Assembly (NCBI GenBank): GCA_024682115.1
Contig: JAIKZO010000058.1
Coordinates: 125,869-189,868 of the forward strand
Length of the DNA: 64,000 bases
Direction of reading: 5' to 3'
Origin: Lachnospiraceae bacterium
GTDB taxonomy: Bacteria > Bacillota > Clostridia > Lachnospirales > Lachnospiraceae
Of the stretch, positions 1 to 11,016 are shown piece after piece. Within the stretch, counting starts at the first letter, position 1. Each line of letters opens with the position of its first letter. The notes under the pieces were generated by a model. The model did no database searches. It was not told the origin of the DNA and saw only the letters and a list, made by a program, of their open reading frames with translations. Position numbers and translations under genes: made by a program.

Positions 1-47
1 AGACAGAAATTCCAGTCTTCAAGCGCTTTTTATAAGAAATCCTGATA

Positions 48-563
48 TTATTCCTCTGTATCTATATATTCCTCTGTTTCGACCGATCCCTCTGTTTCGA
101 TCGTTTCCTCAGTATCCGCTTCTTCGGAAGGATTCTCATATTCCCCGCGTAATACCTGGATAAGGACCTTTAGCTTCTGGTTGGCGTCCTGGTAGAGATC
201 GTACGCTTCGGACTGAGCGACTTCGTTATATTCTCCGTCGTAAGCATCATGAAATCTTGAGACCGAAGCAGACATGTCGGAAGAAGCATCCGTTGCAAGC
301 TTTTTTATCTGATCGAAACCTTCCGGATATTCAAGTTCGGTCATCTTCTTAAATTCAACGTCAAGTTTATCAAGAGATATCATCAGTGAGTTCATTGAAT
401 TTTCATCATCCGGATTCAAAGAATTGATCTCATTGTTGATATTTGATATCTCGGCAAGGATCTCCTCCATACCGGTTCTGTAGTTTTCGATTGATTCGTC
501 CTTTTTTCCGCAACCGCTCAGGAATACGAGCATGATGCATAAGGCTATGATATATTTTTTCAA
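48..563 (-). CDS. Putative lipoprotein of unknown function with an acidic C-terminal tail
   Basis: ORF 48..602. An in-frame TTG at 563 is preceded by AAGGAG plus 6 nt. That start gives MKKYIIALCIMLVFLSGC, a signal peptide with lipobox L-S-G-C. The C-terminus is E/T/D-rich. I recognise no family. Confidence 0.6.
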   Translation of the reverse strand: MKKYIIALCIMLVFLSGCGKKDESIENYRTGMEEILAEISNINNEINSLNPDDENSMNSLMISLDKLDVEFKKMTELEYPEGFDQIKKLATDASSDMSASVSRFHDAYDGEYNEVAQSEAYDLYQDANQKLKVLIQVLRGEYENPSEEADTEETIETEGSVETEEYIDTEE

Positions 564-661
564 TTCGGACTCCTTTATTATTTGTCTAAAATAAGTTATC
601 ATAAATAGTGTTTAATATCAAGTTAACACTATATTTACTTTGATATTGAAAGAGGCGTTTG

Positions 662-3097
662 ATGACTAAAAAAGAGTTTAGGGAACTGGCTGAAAAAGGG
701 TTTTTATTCCTTGACGGTGCTACCGGATCCAATCTGGTAAAAAAGGGGATGCCTGCCGGAGTCTGTCCCGAAAAATGGATCCTTGAAAATCCGCATGCGA
801 TCATTGAATTACAGAATGAATACGTTGAAGCCGGAAGCAATATCGTTTATGCACCGACATTTACGTCAAACAGGATAAAGCTGGCCGAATACGGTCTTGA
901 AAATGACATCGTCAAGATAAATACCGAACTGGTGAGACTGTCTAAGGAAGCTGTCAACGGACGTGCGCTTGTTGCGGGTGATCTGACCATGACGGGAAAA
1001 CAGCTGTCACCTATGGGAGATATGGAATTCGAAACGCTCATCGATGTATATAAAGAGCAGATCGGCATTCTCAATGATGCAGGGGTCGATCTTCTTATCG
1101 TTGAGACAATGATGTCTCTCCAGGAGACCAGGGCTGCTCTCATAGCGGCAAAAGAAACCTGCGATCTTCCCGTGATGTGCACACTTTCTTTTGAAGAAGA
1201 CGGAAGGACTCTGTACGGTTCGAGCGCAGACAACTGTGCCATCGTACTTGAAAGCCTCGGTGCGGATGCGGTCGGTGCCAACTGTTCCACAGGGCCTGAC
1301 AAACTTTCGATAGTAATAGAAAAAATGGCATCAATATGTTCGATACCTATCATCGCAAAACCCAATGCCGGAATGCCGGTCCTTGATAAAAACGGGGATA
1401 CCATATATACGATGGATGAAGAAACATTTGCCGAAGAAAGCATGCTCCTTATTGATGCCGGAGCAACTATCCTAGGAGGATGCTGCGGAACCGCACCTTC
1501 ATATATCGAGGCATTAAAGAAAAAGACGGAAAGCATTACTTTCAAAAAACGTCAGAGAGATGAAAGCATAAGATATCTGTCTTCGGAAAGAAAAACTCTT
1601 GGATTTACCCTGAACGATCCTTTTATCGTTGTAGGAGAGAGGATCAATCCCACGGGTAAAAAGAAGCTTCAGGAAGAACTTCGGAATGACAGTCTGGAGA
1701 TGGTTCTTCGTTTCACCGAAGAACAGGAATCCGCAGGAGCCAAGATACTCGATGTCAATGTTGGCATGGGCGGCATAGATGAAAAAGCCATGATGCTCAA
1801 GGTATTGGACGCCGTTACAATGGAATCGTCCTTACCGATCAGCGTAGATACGTCTTCGCCTGAGGTACTCGAAGCTGCTTTGAGAAGATACTGCGGAAGA
1901 GCATTGGTCAATTCCGTATCATGTGAAAGCGCAGTCATGGAAAAGAAACTGCAGACCGCAGCAAAATACGGTGCGATGATCATCGTTTTACCGCTTAACG
2001 ACGAAGGGCTTCCGAAGAGTCTTGATGAAAAGATAAAGAATATCGAAACGGTCACAAAACGAGCCTATGAACTCGGCTTTAAGGAAACAGATATAGTCAT
2101 AGACGGACTTGTTTCAACGGTTGGTGCAAATAAAAGATCGGCGCTTGAAGTAATAGAGACGGTAAGATATGCTAAAAGCCATAATCTTGCTTCGACCTGC
2201 GGCCTTTCAAATATTTCGTTCGGCCTGCCCGAAAGGAGCTTCATCAACACGGCGTTTCTTACGGTGCTCATAAGCAACGGACTTACTATGGCAATCATGA
2301 ATCCTTCACAGGATCTTCTGATGAACGCTTATTTTGCCACAGATCTCCTAATGGATAAAAAGGATGCTGATCTGGCTTACATAGAAAGAATGAACAATTC
2401 ATCCTTTACGATACAGAAAGGCTCCGCATCAACCGAGAGCAAGCCGGCAGATGAAAAAAGAAGTGAAGGATCCGATAACATTCTTTACAGAGATGTTCTT
2501 AAGGGAAATCTCGAAAAGATCAAAGAACACACCGAGGAAGAACTGAAGAAAGGCGAAGAAGCCGATGATCTGTTGAATACATACCTGCTCCCGGCGATCG
2601 GAGAAGTCGGGAACCTTTTCAACAGCGGAAAATATTTCCTTCCGCAGCTCATTTCTTCGGCTGAGACTATGAAAGCGTCCATCGAGGTGCTTAAGCCTCA
2701 TATGAGCAAAAACGATGGTGACGGCGAAAGCGCTGTCGTTGTGATGGCTACCGTTAAAGGTGACATTCATGATATCGGTAAGAATCTTGTTGTCCTCATG
2801 CTTGAAAATTACGGGTTTAAAGTCATCGATCTCGGTAAAGACGTTGAAAAGGAACTGATCGTAAAAACGGCAATGGAAAACAATGCGGCGATCATAGGCT
2901 TAAGTGCTCTTATGACAACAACGATGGAAGAGATGAGAAGAGTTGTCGAATACGCCCATGAATGCGGCTGCACATCCAAGATAATGGTCGGCGGTGCCGT
3001 GATCACGGAAGATTATGCAAAAGAGATCGGAGCCGATGCTTATTCAAAAGATGCACAGGATGCCGTGGAGGTTGCAAAATCGCTGATTAGCGGATAA
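662..3097 (+). CDS. metH: Methionine synthase, short form: Hcy S-methyltransferase + pterin-binding + B12-binding domains, no AdoMet reactivation domain
   Basis: Zn-ligand Cys motifs GANCS and GGCCGT lie in the N-terminal domain, followed by a pterin-binding middle region. The B12 motif DxHxxG appears as GDIHDIGKN near the C-terminus. The protein ends right after the B12 domain (about 811 aa). ATG at 662 sits 6 nt after AGAGG; the track start at 659 is a TTG. Confidence 0.9.
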   Translation: MTKKEFRELAEKGFLFLDGATGSNLVKKGMPAGVCPEKWILENPHAIIELQNEYVEAGSNIVYAPTFTSNRIKLAEYGLENDIVKINTELVRLSKEAVNGRALVAGDLTMTGKQLSPMGDMEFETLIDVYKEQIGILNDAGVDLLIVETMMSLQETRAALIAAKETCDLPVMCTLSFEEDGRTLYGSSADNCAIVLESLGADAVGANCSTGPDKLSIVIEKMASICSIPIIAKPNAGMPVLDKNGDTIYTMDEETFAEESMLLIDAGATILGGCCGTAPSYIEALKKKTESITFKKRQRDESIRYLSSERKTLGFTLNDPFIVVGERINPTGKKKLQEELRNDSLEMVLRFTEEQESAGAKILDVNVGMGGIDEKAMMLKVLDAVTMESSLPISVDTSSPEVLEAALRRYCGRALVNSVSCESAVMEKKLQTAAKYGAMIIVLPLNDEGLPKSLDEKIKNIETVTKRAYELGFKETDIVIDGLVSTVGANKRSALEVIETVRYAKSHNLASTCGLSNISFGLPERSFINTAFLTVLISNGLTMAIMNPSQDLLMNAYFATDLLMDKKDADLAYIERMNNSSFTIQKGSASTESKPADEKRSEGSDNILYRDVLKGNLEKIKEHTEEELKKGEEADDLLNTYLLPAIGEVGNLFNSGKYFLPQLISSAETMKASIEVLKPHMSKNDGDGESAVVVMATVKGDIHDIGKNLVVLMLENYGFKVIDLGKDVEKELIVKTAMENNAAIIGLSALMTTTMEEMRRVVEYAHECGCTSKIMVGGAVITEDYAKEIGADAYSKDAQDAVEVAKSLISG

Positions 3098-3160
3098 TAT
3101 GTGATATAGATGTCATATTTACGATTTGCGAATAATCATTCAGTATAAACGGAGAATCAT

Positions 3161-4777
3161 ATGTTAGGTGCAGATGCTTTAGTTAAATGTTTGGAACTGG
3201 AAGGGACAAAATATGTATTTGGTTATCCCGGTGTTGCGATTTGTCCTTTTTATAACAGTATTTTATCATCCGATATAAAGACCATTCTTATACGTACCGA
3301 GCAGAATGCAGCTCATGCGGCCTCGGGCTATGCAAGGGTTTCCGACAGTATCGGAGTATGTGCTGTTACATCCGGTCCCGGCGCTACAAATGTGATCACG
3401 GGTATCGCAACCGCTTTTGCGGACAGCATTCCGCTTATAGTTATAACCGGACAGGTAGATTCGGAACTTCTCGGATCCGATGTGTTTCAGGAGGCTGATA
3501 TAACCGGAGCTGTTGAGTCATTTGTTAAGTACAGCTATCTTGTCCGTAATGCCAATGATATTCCCAGGATCGTCAAGGAAGCATTTCATATAGCTCAGAC
3601 AGGTCGTAAAGGTCCTGTTCTTATCGATATCCCGATAGATGTACAGAACAGTGAGGTCAAAAAGTTCTCTTATCCGGAATCCGTTTCCATGAGAACATAT
3701 AAGCCTACGGTCAAGGGAAATATGGTTCAGATAAGAAAGGTCGCTGAGAAGCTTTCAAAGGCCAAAAGACCGGTTATCTGTGCGGGAGGCGGCGTTATCC
3801 TTTCGGGAGCGCAGGATTCGTTAAGAAAGTTTGCCGATAAATATAAGATCCCCGTTGTTTCAACAATGATGGGAATTGGCGTTATGCCCACCAAAGATCC
3901 GATGTATTTCGGAATGGTAGGCAATAACGGTAAGCCTTATGCGAACCGGGCGATGAATGAAGCCGATCTTATAATTATGGTCGGTGCCAGAGTTGCCGAC
4001 AGGGCGATATCACAGCCTGATCTTATCATGGAAAATACTGTTTTGATACATATAGATGTAGACCCTGCGGAGATAGGCAAAAATGCGAAACCTTCGATAC
4101 CGCTCGTGGGCGATGCGAGACATATCTTTGACGATCTTATCTCGCAGGAGATAACTGGTAATTATGATCACTGGTTGAATGACCTCAGGATATACAGGCA
4201 GGAAATGGAACCGCAAAGGGATCCGGATCCTTCATATGTAGATCCCGCCGCTTTTATAACCATGCTTTCGGAGAAGATGAAAGATAACGGGATCTATGTT
4301 GCCGATGTCGGACAGAATCAGATCTGGTCCTGTGCTTATCATATAGTCAAAAAAGGAAGATTCCTCACATCCGGCGGAATGGGAACAATGGGATATTCGA
4401 TCCCTGCCGCAATGGGCGCAAAGCTTGCCTGCCCCAAAAGACAGGTCATTGCAGTTTGCGGTGACGGTTCCTTCCAGATGTCAATGATGGAGCTTGCCAC
4501 CTGCAGACAATATGATGTTCCGATAAAGATAGTCGTCCTGAAGAACAGATATCTCGGGATGGTCAGACAATACCAGCACTTTAAGTATAACGACAATTAT
4601 TCGGTTGTTGATATCGGAGATCTTCCCGATCTCGGTAAACTTGCCGCCGCTTACGGGATCAAATGCATGAAACTTTCCAATATGAAAAAAGCGGACCAGG
4701 TAATAGACGAATTCCTTAAAAATGACGAGTCGATGATCCTTGAATGTAATGTTGATCCTTATGACCTTGTTCATTGA
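3161..4777 (+). CDS. ilvB: Acetolactate synthase (AHAS) large catalytic subunit
   Basis: ThDP-enzyme architecture with the ThDP-binding motif GDGSFQMSMMEL...N. GGAG lies upstream of the ATG, and the small-subunit genes follow. Confidence 0.9.
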   Translation: MLGADALVKCLELEGTKYVFGYPGVAICPFYNSILSSDIKTILIRTEQNAAHAASGYARVSDSIGVCAVTSGPGATNVITGIATAFADSIPLIVITGQVDSELLGSDVFQEADITGAVESFVKYSYLVRNANDIPRIVKEAFHIAQTGRKGPVLIDIPIDVQNSEVKKFSYPESVSMRTYKPTVKGNMVQIRKVAEKLSKAKRPVICAGGGVILSGAQDSLRKFADKYKIPVVSTMMGIGVMPTKDPMYFGMVGNNGKPYANRAMNEADLIIMVGARVADRAISQPDLIMENTVLIHIDVDPAEIGKNAKPSIPLVGDARHIFDDLISQEITGNYDHWLNDLRIYRQEMEPQRDPDPSYVDPAAFITMLSEKMKDNGIYVADVGQNQIWSCAYHIVKKGRFLTSGGMGTMGYSIPAAMGAKLACPKRQVIAVCGDGSFQMSMMELATCRQYDVPIKIVVLKNRYLGMVRQYQHFKYNDNYSVVDIGDLPDLGKLAAAYGIKCMKLSNMKKADQVIDEFLKNDESMILECNVDPYDLVH

Positions 4778-4820
4778 TCGCTTGTTTTTTGTAAGATACT
4801 CATAATAATACGGAGTGCAT

Positions 4821-5306
4821 ATGAAAAAAATCTATTCAGTACTTGTTGAAAACAGATCCGGAGTTCTTTGTAAGGTTGCGGGACTCTTTTCCAGAAGAAA
4901 TTTCAATATCGATTCGCTCGCGGTAGGAGAGACGGATGATAAATCCGTTTCAAGGATGACCATAGTTTCATCAGGTGACAGCCGTACGATCGAACAGGTA
5001 GAAAAGCAGTTGAACAAGAAACTTGATGTCATTAAAGTCAAGACTTTCTTTGAAAACGAGAGCATTTGCAGAGAACTTCTTTTCCTTAAGGTCAAATACA
5101 ATAAGACGAACAGACGCGATATCATGGAAAACTGCGAGATAATGGGAGCCAAGATAGTAGATATGTCGACAAATCTCATGCTCATCCAGATGTGCGACAC
5201 TCCCGAACGTATACAGATCCTGCTGGATATGTTCAAGAGCATATCGATCGTTGAGATCGCAAGGACCGGATGCCTCGCTCTCCAGAAGTGTACGGAAACG
5301 GATTGA
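4821..5306 (+). CDS. ilvN: Acetolactate synthase small (regulatory) subunit, copy 1
   Basis: N-terminal ACT domain VENRSGVLCKVAGLFSRRNFNIDSL plus a C-terminal AHAS small-subunit fold ending ARTG. ATG 4821 follows GGAG; the track start at 4815 is a GTG two codons upstream. Confidence 0.85.
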   Translation: MKKIYSVLVENRSGVLCKVAGLFSRRNFNIDSLAVGETDDKSVSRMTIVSSGDSRTIEQVEKQLNKKLDVIKVKTFFENESICRELLFLKVKYNKTNRRDIMENCEIMGAKIVDMSTNLMLIQMCDTPERIQILLDMFKSISIVEIARTGCLALQKCTETD

Positions 5307-5409
5307 TGTCCGTTTCATAAATGACAGGGACTCTTGTCTTACTTGAAAATAATGCGTTAAAGTGCTAAAATCCTTTTTGACTTTCATTTTAAAAAGGATC
5401 GGAGAATAA

Positions 5410-5910
5410 ATGAATAAAAAAGTCTTTCAGATAATCGTTGACAACACATCCGGAGTTCTGAGCAGAATTTCCGGACTTTTTTCCAGAAGAGGCTATAATA
5501 TAGAATCTATAACCGCCGGTGTGACCGCCGATGACAGGTTTACGCGCATCACGATCGTTGCATCCGGTGAAGACGAAGTCCTTGACCAGATAGAAAAACA
5601 GGTAGCTAAACTCGTTGATGTAAGGGATATAAGGGAACTGTATCCCGAAAGTTCCGTATACAGAGAGCTTGCATTGGTGAAGGTAAAAGCGGATGCCACG
5701 CTCAGGGATTCGGTAAAATCAATAGTGGATTTCTATAAAGCTAAGATCATCGATGTCGGTTACGACAGTCTTATAATCGAACTGACCGGTAATTCCGCGA
5801 AGATCGATTCTTTTCTTGATATCCTGAGGGATTATGAGATATTGGAACTTGCAAGGACCGGTATCGCCGGACTTTGCAGAGGAACCGAAGGAGTTCTTTA
5901 TTTACAGTAA
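5410..5910 (+). CDS. ilvN: Acetolactate synthase small (regulatory) subunit, copy 2 (paralogue)
   Basis: ACT domain VDNTSGVLSRISGLFSRRGYNIESI with ARTG near the C-terminus. It aligns colinearly with copy 1 at about 37% identity by my hand alignment. GGAG lies upstream. Confidence 0.85.
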   Translation: MNKKVFQIIVDNTSGVLSRISGLFSRRGYNIESITAGVTADDRFTRITIVASGEDEVLDQIEKQVAKLVDVRDIRELYPESSVYRELALVKVKADATLRDSVKSIVDFYKAKIIDVGYDSLIIELTGNSAKIDSFLDILRDYEILELARTGIAGLCRGTEGVLYLQ

Positions 5911-5926
5911 ATGCATATATTTTTGA

Positions 5927-6964
<1,038 letters not shown>

Positions 6965-6982
6965 TCTTTTTTATGATGAAAG

Positions 6983-7006
6983 AGGGGCTTATTATAAGCC
7001 CCTTTT
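6983..7006 (+). terminator. Hairpin with a short T-tract between ilvC and leuC (weak or partial terminator)
   Basis: AGGGGCTTA-tta-TAAGCCCCT followed by TTTTATTAT. The U-tract is interrupted, so read-through is likely. Confidence 0.4.
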
Positions 7007-7025
7007 ATTATAGGAGGAATAATCC

Positions 7026-8285
7026 ATGGGAATGACTATGACCCAAAAGATCCTTGCGGCACATGCCAATCTTCCCAAAGTAGAAGCCGGACAGCTTATC
7101 GAGGCTGATCTCGATCTTGTTTTGGGAAATGATATCACCAGCCCCGTTGCTATCAGGGAAATGGATAAAATGAAGGTCGACGGTGTATTTGACAAAGATA
7201 AGATCGCTCTCGTTCCTGATCATTTTGTTCCGAATAAAGATATCAAATCCGCAGAACATTGCAAATGTGTTCGTGAATTTGCTGCCAAAAACAATATAAC
7301 CAATTATTTTGAAGTCGGTAAGATGGGTATAGAGCATGCCCTTTTGCCCGAACAGGGGCTTACCGTTGCCGGTGATGTTATCATTGGTGCGGATTCCCAT
7401 ACCTGTACTTACGGGGCTCTCGGAGCTTTCTCGACTGGAGTGGGATCTACCGATATGGCTGCCGGAATGGCGACGGGAAAAGCCTGGTTTAAAGTTCCTT
7501 CCGCGATCAGGTTTAATCTGACAGGCAAACCTTCAAAAAACGTTTCCGGGAAAGATGTGATACTTCATATAATCGGTCTCATCGGTGTTGACGGAGCGTT
7601 ATACAGGTCCATGGAGTTTTGCGGAGACGGGGTCAGAAACCTTACTATGGATGACAGGTTCACCATAGCCAATATGGCTATCGAAGCCGGCGGTAAAAAC
7701 GGCATATTTCCCGTTGACGAACTTACGATAGATTACATGAAAGAGCATTCATCACGCTCTTATACGGTTTATGAACCCGATGAAGATGCCGTGTACGACG
7801 AGGAATATACGATCGATCTTGCCGGTTTAAGGCCTACGGTCGCTTTTCCGCATCTTCCCGAAAATACCAAAACCGTTGATGAGATAGATGAAGTTAAGAT
7901 CGATCAGGTGGTGATCGGCTCATGTACGAACGGAAGGATAGACGATATGAGGATAGCCGCTGATATACTGAAGGGCAGGAAAGTTGCTCCGGGTATCAGA
8001 TGTATAGTTATCCCGGCTACTCAGAAGATCTATCTTAAATGTATCGAAGAAGGACTCATCAATATCTTTATCGATGCCGGGTGTGTGGTTTCCACACCTA
8101 CATGCGGTCCCTGCCTCGGAGGATATATGGGCGTTCTGGCTGCGGGCGAAAGATGTGTTTCTACCACCAACAGGAATTTCGTCGGACGTATGGGTCATGT
8201 CGATTCCGAAGTCTATCTTGCTTCCCCTGCTGTTGCGGCTGCTTCGGCTATCACCGGTTATATCACAGATCCGGATAAGATATAG
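7026..8285 (+). CDS. leuC: 3-isopropylmalate dehydratase large subunit (short, type-2 aconitase-family LeuC)
   Basis: Fe-S ligand motifs GSCTNGR and CGPCLG. The roughly 420-aa form is followed by a small subunit. AGGAGG lies 8 nt upstream. Confidence 0.85.
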   Translation: MGMTMTQKILAAHANLPKVEAGQLIEADLDLVLGNDITSPVAIREMDKMKVDGVFDKDKIALVPDHFVPNKDIKSAEHCKCVREFAAKNNITNYFEVGKMGIEHALLPEQGLTVAGDVIIGADSHTCTYGALGAFSTGVGSTDMAAGMATGKAWFKVPSAIRFNLTGKPSKNVSGKDVILHIIGLIGVDGALYRSMEFCGDGVRNLTMDDRFTIANMAIEAGGKNGIFPVDELTIDYMKEHSSRSYTVYEPDEDAVYDEEYTIDLAGLRPTVAFPHLPENTKTVDEIDEVKIDQVVIGSCTNGRIDDMRIAADILKGRKVAPGIRCIVIPATQKIYLKCIEEGLINIFIDAGCVVSTPTCGPCLGGYMGVLAAGERCVSTTNRNFVGRMGHVDSEVYLASPAVAAASAITGYITDPDKI

Positions 8286-8293
8286 GAGGGTTT

Positions 8294-8782
8294 ATGGAAA
8301 ACGCTAAAGGTTTGGTATTTAAATACGGAGATAATGTTGATACGGATGTTATCATCCCCGCAAGATATCTTAATTCATCAGATCCGAACGAACTGGCAAC
8401 TCACTGCATGGAAGATATTGATAAGGAATTTATTTCTAAAGTCAGTAAAGGGGACATAATCGTAGCCATGAAAAATTTCGGATGCGGATCTTCCAGAGAA
8501 CATGCACCGATCGCGATCAAGGCAGCGGGTGTTTCGTGTGTCATAGCACATACTTTTGCCAGGATCTTTTACAGAAATGCGATAAATATAGGTCTTCCGA
8601 TAATCGAGTGTCCCGAAGCCGCAGAGGGTATTGAAGCGGGAGATGAGGTTGAAGTAGATTTTAACACAGGTATCATCACGGACATCACCAAGGGAACAAC
8701 ATACAAGGGACAGTCTTTCCCTGCGTTCATGCAAAAGATAATAGATGCCGGAGGCCTGGTAAACTATATCAATGAAAAATAA
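8294..8782 (+). CDS. leuD: 3-isopropylmalate dehydratase small subunit
   Basis: Aconitase swivel-domain sequence ([24 protein letters not shown]). AGGAGG lies upstream. Confidence 0.85.
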   Translation: MENAKGLVFKYGDNVDTDVIIPARYLNSSDPNELATHCMEDIDKEFISKVSKGDIIVAMKNFGCGSSREHAPIAIKAAGVSCVIAHTFARIFYRNAINIGLPIIECPEAAEGIEAGDEVEVDFNTGIITDITKGTTYKGQSFPAFMQKIIDAGGLVNYINEK

Positions 8783-9392
8783 GAAACTCTTTTTAGTCCC
8801 GGCAGCGCTCCTTTTTCTTGTAGCCGTTATCTGCCTGGTTTTGGCAGTAAGATCATATAAACTGGCCAATAAACCGTACCTTAAATGTAACGATCATATT
8901 CTGACAAAGACGGAATACGAATATTATTACAATTCATATAAGCAGTTTTATACAGGCTCATTTTCGCAGTTCTTCTCATATATGGGAGTTGATGAGACTA
9001 AGGAACTTGAAGACCAGGAATATGAAAACGGTAAAACCTTCGGCCAGATGTTTGCTGAGGAGACGTGTGAACAGATAAAGGAGACATATGCTCTTTATGA
9101 TGACGGGATAAAGAACGGGTTTGAATTTGATGCCGGGAGTTCCTTTGAAGAATATTACAAAACGGTTGATGAATCCTGCCGCGCATCGGGTTCTACGAGC
9201 GAGAAGTATTTCAAACAGTTTTACGGAGAAGGTATTACAGTTAAACTTATCAGAGAATATATGACCAGAGGCTTTTATTCTGCCGCATATTATGATCATC
9301 TTGCGGAAAATTCATCCGACGAAGAAGCATACAGATATGTGAACGATCTTAAAGCCGGTTATAAAACAGAGTTTATCGATGACAAAGAATAG
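8772..9392 (+). CDS. Membrane-anchored hypothetical protein, possibly with a SurA-N/PrsA-N-like chaperone fold
   Basis: One N-terminal TM helix ([21 protein letters not shown]), then a Tyr/Glu-rich soluble part ([18 protein letters not shown]). The start overlaps the leuD stop by 11 nt. No good SD. Confidence 0.5.
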   Translation: MKNKKLFLVPAALLFLVAVICLVLAVRSYKLANKPYLKCNDHILTKTEYEYYYNSYKQFYTGSFSQFFSYMGVDETKELEDQEYENGKTFGQMFAEETCEQIKETYALYDDGIKNGFEFDAGSSFEEYYKTVDESCRASGSTSEKYFKQFYGEGITVKLIREYMTRGFYSAAYYDHLAENSSDEEAYRYVNDLKAGYKTEFIDDKE

Positions 9393-11016
9393 AAAAATGA
9401 TTCTTCTTGCCGCTATCATCATTATCGAGCTTGCGGTACTCATATTTTTCGGATCTTTAAAGAAAGGCATGCATTTTGATGAATGCTTTTCTTATTTTAA
9501 TACCAATAATTCTTTCGGAAGAGAAGCATTCGACAGAACATGGGTCACTTCGGAGAATATTAAAAAGGACTTTTATGTCCTCCCGGGAGAAGGGTTTAAT
9601 TACGGTTTTGTCGTAAAACTCCAGTCGTATGATGTTCATCCGCCGGTTTACTATCTTTTATTGCATACCGTTTGTTCTTTCACGCAGAACATCTTCAGTA
9701 TGTGGCAGGGGATAGGTCTCAATATTTTCATATCGGTTATCGCTACCGTGTTTTTGTTTTTCATAGCTGACAGATTCCTTAAAAACGACCTTTTATCGGC
9801 AATAGCCGTTCTTATCATAATCCTTAATCCGGGATTCATTTCAAATGTGATGTTCATAAGGATGTATGCTCTCATGACACTCTGGATGATCATTCAGGTC
9901 TGGCTGCATATTAAGATGTGTGACAGGGAGTTTAATGAGATCCCCGCAGGATATTTTGTGTTAAGTGCTTTGATAACATATCTGGGTTTTCTTACGCATT
10001 ATTTCTATCTTGTGTTCCTGTTCTTTTTGGAAGCGGCATTCCTTATACCGCATCTTAAGATGATAGGTAAAGAACTTAAGACCGTGATAAGATACTGTGC
10101 GCTTGTGGCTCTTGCCGGAATACTCGGAGTGGTATCTTTCCCAGCCTGTCTTGGTCATGTAAATTCGGGTTACAGGGGAGTAGAGGTCAAGGGATATATG
10201 TTTGACCTGTCGGATATCGGCATGAGGATAAGATTTTTCGGAGGATTGATAGGAAGATTTGTCCTTAACGGCGTCGGTTATATCGTTCTTCTTTTCATCT
10301 GCCTTCTTCTGGTTACCGTATATTATAAACGATCCAGAGAGAAGAACGGCAGGAGCAACGTGGCGAATGTCGAAGCGGTCAGGGAATGTGCTGTCGGAAA
10401 AGATATCGGCATCCTTATACGGTGTATCCTTATTCCGGTCATTGGTTATTTCATCATATCCGCAAAAGGATCATTGATAGGAGATGAAGCAATGATGAGG
10501 TATCAGCTTCCGATCTATCCTTTTATTCCGATCATTGTTAGCATAGTCATTAACCTTTGTTTTACTTATCTGTTCAAAGAAAACACTAAAGCAGTGTTTA
10601 CCGTATGCACTGTACTGTTTTCCCTGCTTGTCGTCAGTGATATCGTTTCAGACATGAGAGGAAATGTATATTATCTCTATCCCGAGCAGGAAGAGATGCT
10701 GCGTATTGCAAAGGAACAGTCTTCAAAAGACTGTGTGTATATATATAATTCAGAAGACAATAAATACTTTCTCTGGAATGATGCGATGCAGCTGTGGCAG
10801 TATGATTCCGTATACTTTATAGATTTTGAAAACAGGGATATCCTTGATGAACCTGTTATAAACGCTTCAAAGGATCTTGTAGTCTATGTTTCAAAACTCG
10901 GAGAAGAAGATGATCTTTCCGTATATTCGGACTTTATAAAAAGAAGTGACAAAAATGTCACTTCCTTTAAGAAACTATATGAAACCGCTTATGCAACAGC
11001 ATATGAGTTTTACTGA
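9379..11016 (+). CDS. Polytopic GT-C type glycosyltransferase (ArnT/PMT_2, family-39-like)
   Basis: More than 10 predicted TM helices. A DE motif after TM1 (MHFDECFSYF) and DVHPPVYYLLLH are both typical of lipid-carrier-dependent glycosyltransferases. A soluble C-terminal domain of about 100 aa follows. Confidence 0.6.
   Translation: MTKNRKMILLAAIIIIELAVLIFFGSLKKGMHFDECFSYFNTNNSFGREAFDRTWVTSENIKKDFYVLPGEGFNYGFVVKLQSYDVHPPVYYLLLHTVCSFTQNIFSMWQGIGLNIFISVIATVFLFFIADRFLKNDLLSAIAVLIIILNPGFISNVMFIRMYALMTLWMIIQVWLHIKMCDREFNEIPAGYFVLSALITYLGFLTHYFYLVFLFFLEAAFLIPHLKMIGKELKTVIRYCALVALAGILGVVSFPACLGHVNSGYRGVEVKGYMFDLSDIGMRIRFFGGLIGRFVLNGVGYIVLLFICLLLVTVYYKRSREKNGRSNVANVEAVRECAVGKDIGILIRCILIPVIGYFIISAKGSLIGDEAMMRYQLPIYPFIPIIVSIVINLCFTYLFKENTKAVFTVCTVLFSLLVVSDIVSDMRGNVYYLYPEQEEMLRIAKEQSSKDCVYIYNSEDNKYFLWNDAMQLWQYDSVYFIDFENRDILDEPVINASKDLVVYVSKLGEEDDLSVYSDFIKRSDKNVTSFKKLYETAYATAYEFY

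Noticed and set aside
847-1545. Long antisense ORF (232 aa) inside metH. Similar ones occur at 8378-8869, 12936-13436, 20133-20633, 37859-38470, 38581-39237, 54461-54973 and 55544-56167.
   Set aside because: Each lies fully opposite a gene with unmistakable conserved motifs. They lack SD sequences and translate to Ser/Ile/Phe/Arg-rich low-information sequence. These are shadow frames of well-supported genes.
5370-5399. Hairpin ATCCTTTTT-12 nt-AAAAAGGAT between the two ilvN genes, considered as a terminator or attenuator.
   Set aside because: The stem is almost all A-U, the loop is long, and no U-tract follows (CGGAGAATAA comes next). It is too weak to call.
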